From the sequence record NC_070956.1: a stretch of 64,000 nucleotides of DNA, one strand, 5' to 3'. This document shows, in pieces, positions 9,139 to 17,558 of this stretch (positions are counted from its first letter, which is position 1; the number at the start of each line of letters is the position of its first letter). The notes below the pieces were generated by a model, which saw only the letters and a program-made list of their open reading frames with translations, was not told the DNA's origin and made no database searches. The position numbers and the translations under genes were made by a program.

Positions 9139-9537
9139 ATGTCTGAAGTAAACATGAATGAACTCATGAAGAAAGTTCATGAGAAGGGAATGAAAGCGTT
9201 CGAGGAAATGGATCATAAAGAGCGTTGGGCTTTCTGGACCTCTATCTCCGTTCCACCTCTCCGTTTCGTTCTTCGTAACGCAATGTCCTGTGAAGATAAG
9301 AAGTTGCGGTATGATCATCGTGACATTTCGCTGGTGTTGGGTTACGTACTGGGAATGCACAAGGTTGCTCCCATTCGCGAGCTCATGAACAGTCAAGCCA
9401 TTCGCTTGGCCATTGTGGTTCTCCTGGACGCAATGACCGAGATGAAAGAAATGGATACGGTCATGGATGACATGGTCAATATCGCGGCCAAAACGATGAA
9501 CACCATCGACAACAAGATACTCTACTATTACCAATAG
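9139..9537 (+). CDS. hypothetical helical protein (132 aa)
   Basis: GAGGA SD before the ATG at 9139; lies between the two kinase-like genes. Confidence 0.75.
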   Translation: MSEVNMNELMKKVHEKGMKAFEEMDHKERWAFWTSISVPPLRFVLRNAMSCEDKKLRYDHRDISLVLGYVLGMHKVAPIRELMNSQAIRLAIVVLLDAMTEMKEMDTVMDDMVNIAAKTMNTIDNKILYYYQ

Positions 9538-9545
9538 GCTAGTGT

Positions 9546-9935
9546 ATGAAACCTGAAGTCATTGGAACAACTCGCCACGTGAGGTTATTCAAACATTTCG
9601 TGGTGAAGTTTCCTAGGATGACAACGTGGTATGAGAAAGGCTTTAATCTAAGAGTCTTTCTCAATAACCTTTATCTCAACCGTAGAGAGCGCAGATTGGC
9701 AAAGAAGTATAAGGGAGCCGAAGGTATTCCTCATATTTACTTTGCAGACCCATTCGGTTTTGTTGTTGTAATGAAACGTTACAACACTAATCTGAAGACT
9801 GAACAATTCTGCGCGCTTTACAATTCTCTACTCGACAGGACTGAAATAGATCCTGAATTTTGGGAAGACGATTCGACCGTCCCTAACTTCGGTTTAACAG
9901 AGGACGGGAAACTTGTTAAAATTGATTTGGGGTAA
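9546..9935 (+). CDS. minimal protein kinase-like fold protein 2 (129 aa)
   Basis: GTTRHV, VVKFP, NRRE, DSTVPN (D-x4-N), KIDLG at the very C-terminus; aligns by eye with 8649-9122. Confidence 0.65.
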   Translation: MKPEVIGTTRHVRLFKHFVVKFPRMTTWYEKGFNLRVFLNNLYLNRRERRLAKKYKGAEGIPHIYFADPFGFVVVMKRYNTNLKTEQFCALYNSLLDRTEIDPEFWEDDSTVPNFGLTEDGKLVKIDLG

Positions 9936-9938
9936 CTA

Positions 9939-10295
9939 ATGCAGCACTGTACTTTTGATACTGTAGGTGAATTGGTAGGTGTCTTGAATGGTCTCGGGAA
10001 ACCCGAAGCCATGGTGGATAGCTTTTATGTCTATGAACGACAGGAAAGAAACTACATCGTGATGGAACAAACTGATGAAGGTGAAACTTCTTTCAACTTT
10101 GCTCCGGTGCGTCACAATCACCCTTATCAAGGTTATGACGATATCGTAATCTCGTCCTCACTCACCGTGGGTAAATTTATCGAGATGTTAGAAACCTTTC
10201 CACTGGATACACACATCAAGTACATCAGGCTGAAAGGTGCCGACAACATGGTGGCAATGAACGTTGAAGAAGACGGCATCGTAATCCACGATTAA
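9939..10295 (+). CDS. hypothetical protein (118 aa)
   Basis: ORF packed in the operon. Confidence 0.7.
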   Translation: MQHCTFDTVGELVGVLNGLGKPEAMVDSFYVYERQERNYIVMEQTDEGETSFNFAPVRHNHPYQGYDDIVISSSLTVGKFIEMLETFPLDTHIKYIRLKGADNMVAMNVEEDGIVIHD

Positions 10296-10305
10296 GGAAA
10301 CTGTT

Positions 10306-10686
10306 ATGAACAATAAACATTACTACATTCCTGAGCCTAAAACCTTAGGAGTATTTGCCCGGGCATTGGAAAATCACCTCATCACCAAACTGGCCCAAGA
10401 CACAATGGGACATGTCAACTATCCAGTACCAGGTAAATCTCTGAATCTGGGCGCTTATTCGTCCTCAGGACTTAGTACAATGTCATCCAAGGATGTCACT
10501 ACGTTCAGGATGGAAGAAGAGAATGGGTACGATCTCGTATCCAGGTACATGGAGACCATGGATCCGAATTGGGAAGGTGAACCTTATATTCCTCCATCCA
10601 CCCGGACTCCCCGTGACCTCCTGGAAATGAAAACCCACGGGGTTTTGAAGCGCAGTTTCCAACCCCCTAAACGTACCAAGTACTAA
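10306..10686 (+). CDS. hypothetical protein (126 aa)
   Basis: TAAGGA SD. Confidence 0.75.
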   Translation: MNNKHYYIPEPKTLGVFARALENHLITKLAQDTMGHVNYPVPGKSLNLGAYSSSGLSTMSSKDVTTFRMEEENGYDLVSRYMETMDPNWEGEPYIPPSTRTPRDLLEMKTHGVLKRSFQPPKRTKY

Positions 10687-10715
10687 CCCGCCTCGATAAT
10701 AATAAAGGAAATGAA

Positions 10716-11078
10716 ATGTTTGACTTTTCTGGTGTAAAGAAGAAGTTCCGTAAGAGTTTGAAGAAGCGTTACGGCACTATTGTCCCGATGGTTGTTGGTG
10801 GTGACAAACAGATCTACAACTTCCTGAGTATGTTCGCTGGCCCGCAACATTTCCGGCGCGTTAAGTTCCAGTGGAGACATGAACGGGCACCGTTCTGTTT
10901 CCGACCGGTACTCGACGGATACCAGTGTGTCAAAACAGGTTTGATCATCCAGGCTGGCAATGTGTTAGCGATGACCAACCAATTTGAAACAATGGCGAAA
11001 ACTGCCAAGGAAGAAGGGAAGCTCGAAGAGCTGACTAAACGCCGTGTCAGTTACGAGCTCAATCACAAACGTTTTTAA
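10716..11078 (+). CDS. hypothetical protein (120 aa)
   Basis: AAGGA SD. Confidence 0.75.
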   Translation: MFDFSGVKKKFRKSLKKRYGTIVPMVVGGDKQIYNFLSMFAGPQHFRRVKFQWRHERAPFCFRPVLDGYQCVKTGLIIQAGNVLAMTNQFETMAKTAKEEGKLEELTKRRVSYELNHKRF

Positions 11079-11088
11079 TAGGAAACAC

Positions 11089-11508
11089 ATGAACTCCTAT
11101 CTCAAGAGCTGCATCAACGACGTTAAGTTTTCGATGCTGTTAAAACGCAGACTTACCTGGCACTGGATAATGATTAACATCGTAATACCGGTACGGTGTT
11201 ATTTCAGAGCTAGGGAAATTGTTTATGTTGACATGGGCGTGTGGTTTACCTATAAAGGAGTAACCATGTGTCCGGTCGAATGGAAACTCCAACCCAAATG
11301 GTTCCCATGGACATTGGGTCCTTCCCACAAAGGTTATCGGGTTCATGGTTACAACAAACCCTTTGAACTCACTAGCGAAGTAGAAGTCATGTTGTATTGC
11401 GAACAGCTCGCATACCACAACAGTCGTTTACTTAAATCGGCCAATACACTCACCAAGAAACTTGATGAGATGGTGGCTAACATGGAAAAACAACTTCTCG
11501 AAGGTTAG
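11089..11508 (+). CDS. hypothetical protein (139 aa)
   Basis: TAGGA SD before the ATG at 11089. Confidence 0.7.
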   Translation: MNSYLKSCINDVKFSMLLKRRLTWHWIMINIVIPVRCYFRAREIVYVDMGVWFTYKGVTMCPVEWKLQPKWFPWTLGPSHKGYRVHGYNKPFELTSEVEVMLYCEQLAYHNSRLLKSANTLTKKLDEMVANMEKQLLEG

Positions 11509-11509
11509 C

Positions 11510-12892
11510 ATGACCGACGAACAATATATCAATGAAGAGGTAAGCGAAATGAACCAACATGATACAGCTTTGCAATCTGGACTGCGTCGACTCCAAATTG
11601 CCATCTCCGGTGAGTGGGGTGGAAAGGAGGGTCGGATCGCCAAAGAGGCGGTCGAGCTTTATCTGAAAAACAAGCGGGAGTTCCTGCTTTGTAAGGATCC
11701 CGTCGCACTGGCGGGAATGATGGGTAACACTGAACGTTATCCAGAGCTCGAGGCTCTCTTGGAAACCGGAACCGTCGGAACGAATGCGATTCTTCATGCC
11801 TTCGTTTCCACCACCCAACTCAACTACAAGTATGATGAATGGGCTGGTGATACCGTGGGTTATTGGGGTGTTAATCCCAATACCATCAAGAACAAGTTTG
11901 AACACTGGTACTTGGAACTCATTCGTCAGCTGATGGGCGAGACCTCCAAGGATGACCGCACCGGAACAGGGACCCGTTCCCTGACCACCGCTGTGTACAA
12001 ACACGATCTTCGTGAATCGTTCCCTCTGCTCCGTAGCCGATTCCTGAAACCGGAGAACCCTGGTAAGGAATACATCTGGATGCTTTCCGGTTCCAACAAC
12101 GAAAAGGAACTGGCGGCAATGGGTGTTCCCTTCTGGAGTGAGTTCGCTGATGAGACCGGTGATCTGGGCCCTGTATACGGTTACCTGTGGCGTTACTGGC
12201 CCAATGGTGATGGTACCACCACGGACCAAATCGAATACGTTCTGGAGACTCTCCGCAAGTCCCCTGAAAGTCGACGCGCTGTGGTCAGTTGCTGGCACCC
12301 TGGGCTGATCCCCGATAGCAAAACCCCACCCAAGGAAAACTACAAGGTAGGGAAGCAAGCACTGACTCCGTGCCACTATGCTTTCCAATTCCTGGCAAGT
12401 CCCATTGGGTTCTGCGAACGTCTGGCGTGGGTTAAACAACACAAGCCCGAACAGATCGCATTCCTGTATCCCGTGACTGGTTCTGACTGGACTGAAAGGA
12501 CAGAGGAGGCAATGAATCGGATTGGAGTACCCAAGTACTACCTGGACCTCCAATTCAACATGCGGAGCTCCGATACTGTTCTGGGTCTTCCGGCAAACTT
12601 CAACTTCTACGGTCACATGTGCCACGCATTCGCCAAAGAGTTGAACATGGTCCCTCGTTATCTGTCCTATACCGGGACTGATGTCCATTTGTATGTCAAC
12701 CATATCAAGGGTATGAAGGAAGTCTTTGATTGGGTGAAACAAAACAAAGAGAAAGTCTTTGACGAAGTAGCTCAAATCAAAATCGTGGGTGAGTTCGAAA
12801 ACCTGTACGACATGAAGCCTGAAAACTTCGAGTACATCAACTACAACCGTGAACTGGTCGGTCCGGCCAAACGCTTCCCGGTTGCTGTTTAA
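11510..12892 (+). CDS. thyA: thymidylate synthase with N-terminal extension
   Basis: DRTGTGT, DLGPVYG..WR, SRR, LTPCH (catalytic Cys), RSSD..LGLPAN, DVHLYVNH; DHFR nearby. Confidence 0.95.
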   Translation: MTDEQYINEEVSEMNQHDTALQSGLRRLQIAISGEWGGKEGRIAKEAVELYLKNKREFLLCKDPVALAGMMGNTERYPELEALLETGTVGTNAILHAFVSTTQLNYKYDEWAGDTVGYWGVNPNTIKNKFEHWYLELIRQLMGETSKDDRTGTGTRSLTTAVYKHDLRESFPLLRSRFLKPENPGKEYIWMLSGSNNEKELAAMGVPFWSEFADETGDLGPVYGYLWRYWPNGDGTTTDQIEYVLETLRKSPESRRAVVSCWHPGLIPDSKTPPKENYKVGKQALTPCHYAFQFLASPIGFCERLAWVKQHKPEQIAFLYPVTGSDWTERTEEAMNRIGVPKYYLDLQFNMRSSDTVLGLPANFNFYGHMCHAFAKELNMVPRYLSYTGTDVHLYVNHIKGMKEVFDWVKQNKEKVFDEVAQIKIVGEFENLYDMKPENFEYINYNRELVGPAKRFPVAV

Positions 12893-12909
12893 CATTTACC
12901 TTTAACAAT

Positions 12910-12939
12910 GGTTGAACTAGGGACCTCCCTAGTTCAACC
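12910..12939. other. perfect stem-loop upstream of the next gene (terminator or RNA processing/stability hairpin)
   Basis: GGTTGAACTAGGG-ACCT-CCCTAGTTCAACC; no clear plus-strand U-tract. Confidence 0.55.
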
Positions 12940-12956
12940 TATATTTGGAGAATAAC

Positions 12957-13958
12957 ATGAAACTTTTAGTCGCGGCTCTCTTCGGTATTTCCCTGGGCAG
13001 TTCCAATATCGACACCGTGAAATCGTTCAGTCCTGATAAAGAACAGCGCTGGAATATAGAGCAGATCACCGAGGCCATGAAACATTGCTCCGAGAAGTTG
13101 TGGGAGGAGGTTAACACTGGTAACAATGTGGAGGTCGTCTTTACCTGTAAGGTCAACCCGCGCATCATCCAGACCGTCAACGATGTGATGGCTGCTCAAC
13201 TCAAGAAAGATGCAATCCGGGTTGAGAAAGAAGCCACCAGTCAAGCTCAGCGAGTGACTGTTAAGGTTGAAGAAGTCATGGCCGAACTGAACGAGCACAA
13301 TCCCGAAGAGGATGTTGCCTTGTTCGATGAATGGGCTCCCAAGGCTGTGGCGTTGTTGAAGAACCACCCTAACGAGTTGTCCTACTTCCGCAACAACATC
13401 AATGGTGACGTTCAGCATTACGACGCTGAAACGATCGCTAAGTATCCTGAATACAAGTTCCTCAATGACGTCGCTGACATCAATGAGGGTTCCAAGGGCG
13501 TTGTTCACGTGGGCAGTATCTACCAAAGTTATCTGGTTTATCAGAATTATGATCGCGTGCTGAAAGAACTTCGTCCAGAAGGAATGAGTGGTGTTAATGA
13601 CTATATCAAAACTCTGGAGGACGACGCGAATCAAATAGCTGACCGTCTTAACACCGCACGTAACTTTGTCCAGGATCCGGCGACAAAACTGGAAGAAATG
13701 ACTTATGAGTATCGTTTCTTGGTGATCGATAATAAAGTTCAACTCCTTCGTTTGTTCGTTGGTGCTCAAACTGGATTGGGTCAGTACCGTGTTTACGATA
13801 AAACCCCTGGGGTATCTGATGAAATGATGAGTAGCCTTCAAATGGGTCTGCTTAACCCCAACAACGTTCCTGGTGACGTTGAGTTCTTTGGTACCTATCG
13901 TGCCGCCATCAAACACTTCCGCGGTGGCACCGCGTTGAAGTATTGGGCAACCAAATAA
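12957..13958 (+). CDS. hypothetical protein with putative signal peptide (333 aa)
   Basis: GGAG SD; MKLLVAALFGISLGSS N-terminus. Confidence 0.8.
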   Translation: MKLLVAALFGISLGSSNIDTVKSFSPDKEQRWNIEQITEAMKHCSEKLWEEVNTGNNVEVVFTCKVNPRIIQTVNDVMAAQLKKDAIRVEKEATSQAQRVTVKVEEVMAELNEHNPEEDVALFDEWAPKAVALLKNHPNELSYFRNNINGDVQHYDAETIAKYPEYKFLNDVADINEGSKGVVHVGSIYQSYLVYQNYDRVLKELRPEGMSGVNDYIKTLEDDANQIADRLNTARNFVQDPATKLEEMTYEYRFLVIDNKVQLLRLFVGAQTGLGQYRVYDKTPGVSDEMMSSLQMGLLNPNNVPGDVEFFGTYRAAIKHFRGGTALKYWATK

Positions 13959-13961
13959 ACT

Positions 13962-13984
13962 GAGAGGGCCAGTCCCTCTCTTTG
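13962..13984 (+). terminator. intrinsic terminator
   Basis: GAGAGGG-CCAGT-CCCTCTC followed by TTTT. Confidence 0.7.
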
Positions 13985-13992
13985 GAGGGACT

Positions 13993-14301
13993 GTGCAATT
14001 TGTATTAGGCCATTTAGTTTTAAATGGCTCTGTGTTGGTAGGTTACTATCTGATCTTTGTTTTGGTCAGTCAAGTGTTCAGGGATGATTATCGTCGTTAT
14101 CAAGTCAGAAGGATATGCAGGATAATTCTGTTATCTTATTTCTCTTGGTACACCTGGAGCTTAGAAAGTCTGGCAATCGCTAATTATGCACTAATGCATG
14201 TTAGGATGACTGCCCTCATCATCGCCATCTGTGCTTTGCAAAATGCAGTTGGGTGTTTAATCGCTAAAGAAGAAAGGAAAGCTAGTTATGATTACCGCTG
14301 A
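13993..14301 (+). CDS. membrane protein (102 aa)
   Basis: GGAGG SD, GTG start, about 3 hydrophobic segments. Confidence 0.65.
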   Translation: MQFVLGHLVLNGSVLVGYYLIFVLVSQVFRDDYRRYQVRRICRIILLSYFSWYTWSLESLAIANYALMHVRMTALIIAICALQNAVGCLIAKEERKASYDYR

Positions 14302-14569
14302 ATTGATCCTCGGAATCTTGTTTGTTTACATCACCGCCATGTTTGGATCCATGTTGGTTAAACCAGGAGTTGACGGTAAAGTGATTCGTAGCACTATCAC
14401 TGTCATCGCCTTTATCATCCTGGGGATATTGATCTGTTCTGTTAACCATCGGAACAGTTGGTTATATCTTGCGTTTACAAGATCAGTTGGTGGGATACTG
14501 TTAGCTCTCGCCGCTGCTCACGTTGTAATGATCGTAGATATTCACCGTAAAACCAATCATAAGAAATAA
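14288..14569 (+). CDS. membrane protein (93 aa)
   Basis: AAGGA SD, about 3 hydrophobic segments. Confidence 0.7.
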   Translation: MITAELILGILFVYITAMFGSMLVKPGVDGKVIRSTITVIAFIILGILICSVNHRNSWLYLAFTRSVGGILLALAAAHVVMIVDIHRKTNHKK

Positions 14570-14579
14570 GGAGGTCGTC

Positions 14580-14978
14580 ATGACTGTTAAAATTGACGCA
14601 CTGAACATATTCGACACTAACGATATTTTCTCGCTGGTGTTTGAATCGCGTAACCGTGAAATTGAAGACGGAACTATTTTGAAGAGCGATGTTGCTGGCG
14701 TTAAAACCACGCTCCATCTGTTTGATCAAAAAGGTTCCCTGATCATTGAAGGTTCAATTGGTCACTCCACCATACTCATTGCCCATGTTAACAACAAGTG
14801 GCTGATGTATATGAACAAGGATACCAATACCTTGCCGGCGGGTGCTTTGCGTAAACAACGCATCCAGTATTTCAACACCGTAATGAAGAACCCAGCAACA
14901 ACTGGTACTTCTTGCGAAACTGACGACTGGGATTCCTTCGCAGGAACCATCTGTCGTTTTATTAAGGACGCGCGATGA
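14580..14978 (+). CDS. hypothetical protein (132 aa)
   Basis: AGGAGG SD. Confidence 0.8.
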   Translation: MTVKIDALNIFDTNDIFSLVFESRNREIEDGTILKSDVAGVKTTLHLFDQKGSLIIEGSIGHSTILIAHVNNKWLMYMNKDTNTLPAGALRKQRIQYFNTVMKNPATTGTSCETDDWDSFAGTICRFIKDAR

Positions 14979-15190
14979 CCGGATATGAGGGGATGTTCTT
15001 CGTCCTTCTCATGTTGATCCCCATGACGATCATTTCGATTGGATTGGGGATGCGTGATCAGGACGTGACCAAAACAAGTATGAAGAACTTCAAAATCAAA
15101 CTCAATCACTTTTGTGGGTTCATCACGATAGCTGGCGCGTTGGCTTATGGGTTCTTCTTATTCTTTCTGAAACAAGGTATAGCATGGTAG
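14975..15190 (+). CDS. membrane protein (71 aa)
   Basis: ATGA overlap; two hydrophobic segments. Confidence 0.7.
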   Translation: MTGYEGMFFVLLMLIPMTIISIGLGMRDQDVTKTSMKNFKIKLNHFCGFITIAGALAYGFFLFFLKQGIAW

Positions 15191-15405
15191 ATTTCTTTAA
15201 GCAGTTTTACGGTGAGGTGATTAACACCTGGTACGTCTTTTTGCTGATCCCGTTCGTGAGTGGTCCCGTGATCACTTTCTTGACGTGGTTGAAGACCCGC
15301 AAGGATGTAAACCGTGAAACCTGGATAAGGATCTACATGAACGAGGTGGCGTCAGAGTACGCCATCTACGTTATTATCGTGGGTCTGGTTTTGTATTTTA
15401 AATAA
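15184..15405 (+). CDS. membrane protein (73 aa)
   Basis: ATG at 15184 overlaps the previous stop; two hydrophobic segments. Confidence 0.65.
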   Translation: MVDFFKQFYGEVINTWYVFLLIPFVSGPVITFLTWLKTRKDVNRETWIRIYMNEVASEYAIYVIIVGLVLYFK

Positions 15406-15414
15406 GGAAGGAAC

Positions 15415-16560
15415 ATGCATTTCTCTAAACCTCGTTTGGTAGTTGGTTTCGATATGGATGACACCATGTGTCAAACTGGCGAATACATCAAGCAAGCCAT
15501 CCGGCACTTCGCCCTCAAAACCAACAACAAAGACTTGTTGGACTACCTGGATCGGACAGTAGAACTTTCCACTATGCACTACGAACCCTGGGTCAAAGAT
15601 CTGGTTTGGTCTGAAGTAGTCAGCAATGGTCGCTTCATGCTCGATGCGTTACCCACTGACATCTGTAATGATGGTGGATTGGTAGATCGTGTCTCTCTTT
15701 TCCGTGACGAAGAATGCAAACACGGTGAAGTCGCACTTGTAATCTGTACTCACCGCGGGTTCCATGAACAAGGTAAACTGTTCACCGAGACCTGGCTCAA
15801 GGACAGAGGACTGGATTGGGTCTTTGATGAGATCCATTGTGTTTCCTCTAAGGAGCACAAAGATAAGATCAAGTATCTGAAAGAGCAATATCCTGGTTCC
15901 CACATCCTGCTGATCGATGACAACCCGATGGGCGACTCCGCACCTCACACCCCTGCCATGGACGAACTTATCATCTACGATAAGTACACCAAGTTCCAGG
16001 CATATAAAGATCAGGTTGTCTACCAATCTGATAATCAAGTCATCGAGATCATGCGTGATCGCTTGAAAAAGCAAACCCCGCTGACTATAGAAATGTATGA
16101 CAGTGGTAAAAAGATCGAAGCCAAGCATTACCTGAACGTCGGGCAGATGGTTCGACAACTCCTGGTTGTCGAACACCAGTACGCCAAGTCTCTTTATGAG
16201 ACATCTGGTTTGATCGATCCTAGCACACCCATCAACGAACTCGTTGAATACATCTCTGGATACGATAGCGACGCTGTCAAATCGTTCATCCTGTTCGCTG
16301 ATGGCGAAGCCGTTGGGTTTACCCGGGCTTTCAATGATGGTGATCCGGCGCACTGGAACCTCTGTGCGTTCGTTATCGACGAAGCGGTTCGAGGGAAAGG
16401 TTTCGGTAAACAGTTCGTTCGTCTGGTAGAAAACAAACTCAAGGCCAATGGTGCCGAAGAGATTGTCCTGGATCACAAATACGATAACGACCAAAGTTCC
16501 GCCTTCTGGCAAAAACTTGGTTATGTTCCACACACAGTTGTTTGTTCGAGGAAACTGTAA
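15415..16560 (+). CDS. HAD-superfamily phosphatase (NT5C-like) fused to a C-terminal GNAT acetyltransferase
   Basis: GFDMDDT (HAD motif I), ICTHRG (motif II), K..KI, LIDDNP (motif IV); C-terminal FVIDEAVRGKGFGKQ (acetyl-CoA motif A), N...AFWQKLGY. Confidence 0.85.
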   Translation: MHFSKPRLVVGFDMDDTMCQTGEYIKQAIRHFALKTNNKDLLDYLDRTVELSTMHYEPWVKDLVWSEVVSNGRFMLDALPTDICNDGGLVDRVSLFRDEECKHGEVALVICTHRGFHEQGKLFTETWLKDRGLDWVFDEIHCVSSKEHKDKIKYLKEQYPGSHILLIDDNPMGDSAPHTPAMDELIIYDKYTKFQAYKDQVVYQSDNQVIEIMRDRLKKQTPLTIEMYDSGKKIEAKHYLNVGQMVRQLLVVEHQYAKSLYETSGLIDPSTPINELVEYISGYDSDAVKSFILFADGEAVGFTRAFNDGDPAHWNLCAFVIDEAVRGKGFGKQFVRLVENKLKANGAEEIVLDHKYDNDQSSAFWQKLGYVPHTVVCSRKL

Positions 16561-17141
16561 TGACCAAAGCACTCTTTTCTGCAATCTGGGCACAAACCGC
16601 CGCTGGCGGTATGGGTATTGACAATACTCTTCCCTGGCCGCATAGTCCTGCTGACATGGAATGGTTCCGGAAGCACACCATGGGGAAACCCATCGTGATG
16701 GGTCACAACACCTACAAGTCCTTGGGCGTCCATCAGCTCAATGGTCGGTTGAACGTTGTGATTTCCAAGACGCAACCAGTGGGTGCAGAACACCTCAATA
16801 CCTACAACGGTCACGAGACCAATGAAGGACTGTACTGGGTTGAGTCTGTTGAACGTTTCCTGGAAACCGTTCCCAGTGCTTGGGACACCAAGGAAATCAT
16901 GATCATCGGTGGTCCGAAAACTTATGTTGAGTTTAAGGAAGTCATCGAGCGTGTCTACACCACCACCTTCATGGGCGAGTTCGAAGCCGAGATTGGACTC
17001 TGTTCACAGACTGACGCCGAGGAAGCGTTCCACACCGTTTACTATGATGAGTTCTCATCGAAAGAAGTGGTGTTCCGGATACTGGAGCGTATCGACCCGT
17101 CGGATGAACTCGATATCGAGGTATGGAAATTTAATGATTGA
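16560..17141 (+). CDS. folA: dihydrofolate reductase
   Basis: AIWAQ..GGMGIDNTLPWPHSPADMEWFRKHTMGKPIVMGHNTY.SL..LNGRLNVVIS, IMIIGG. Confidence 0.95.
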   Translation: MTKALFSAIWAQTAAGGMGIDNTLPWPHSPADMEWFRKHTMGKPIVMGHNTYKSLGVHQLNGRLNVVISKTQPVGAEHLNTYNGHETNEGLYWVESVERFLETVPSAWDTKEIMIIGGPKTYVEFKEVIERVYTTTFMGEFEAEIGLCSQTDAEEAFHTVYYDEFSSKEVVFRILERIDPSDELDIEVWKFND

Positions 17142-17370
17142 TCCAAGCATTTACATTTCCATTCTGGTGATCATCGCTGCTATCGTCTGGTTGGTGATCG
17201 GTGTGAATATCTCAGCCAGAGTTCATTGGGCATTTGGGACCCCGCATAACACCATGCGTTTTGGTTCGCGTCTGAAGAACAACGCCATTTTCATCGGTAA
17301 CGCTGTCTTTTGGCCCTGGTTGGGATTGTTCTTTCTCTACGCAATCCTCGAAGCAAATTTCGATCGTTAA
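17134..17370 (+). CDS. small membrane protein (78 aa)
   Basis: GAGG SD; two hydrophobic segments; followed by a terminator. Confidence 0.65.
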   Translation: MIDPSIYISILVIIAAIVWLVIGVNISARVHWAFGTPHNTMRFGSRLKNNAIFIGNAVFWPWLGLFFLYAILEANFDR

Positions 17371-17377
17371 TAAATAG

Positions 17378-17407
17378 CTCTTTGGGGTTTCGACCCCAAA
17401 GAGTTTT
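17378..17407 (+). terminator. intrinsic terminator
   Basis: CTCTTTGGGGT-TTCG-ACCCCAAAGAG + TTTT. Confidence 0.85.
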
Positions 17408-17420
17408 ATTTGTCTATAGT

Positions 17421-17445
17421 TTTTGAAACAGATATTATTAGGGTG
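17421..17445 (+). promoter_or_regulatory. putative phage early promoter
   Basis: TTTT-N6-GATATTATTA-N2-GTG (exact consensus). Confidence 0.7.
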
Positions 17446-17465
17446 TAAACGACAGGAGAACTCTC

Positions 17466-17558
17466 ATGGGATACTTTATATTGGTTTTGCTTTTGATCGC
17501 TGTTCTGGTTAAACTGGGACGGATAGAAAAGAAGTTGGGGAGAAAGAAAGATGTCTGA
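17466..17558 (+). CDS. 30-aa single-pass membrane micropeptide (not in the ORF track)
   Basis: CAGGAG SD; MGYFILVLLLIAVLVKLGRIEKKLGRKKDV; stop overlaps the next ATG. Confidence 0.6.
   Translation: MGYFILVLLLIAVLVKLGRIEKKLGRKKDV

Noticed and set aside
11510-12892. ThyA as a dCMP/dUMP hydroxymethylase for DNA hypermodification, because of NMRSSD
   Set aside because: It keeps DRTGTGT, PVYG, LxPCH and the dUMP-specific Asn; a DHFR is nearby, as expected for true thymidylate synthesis; no glycosyltransferase or other modification genes are seen
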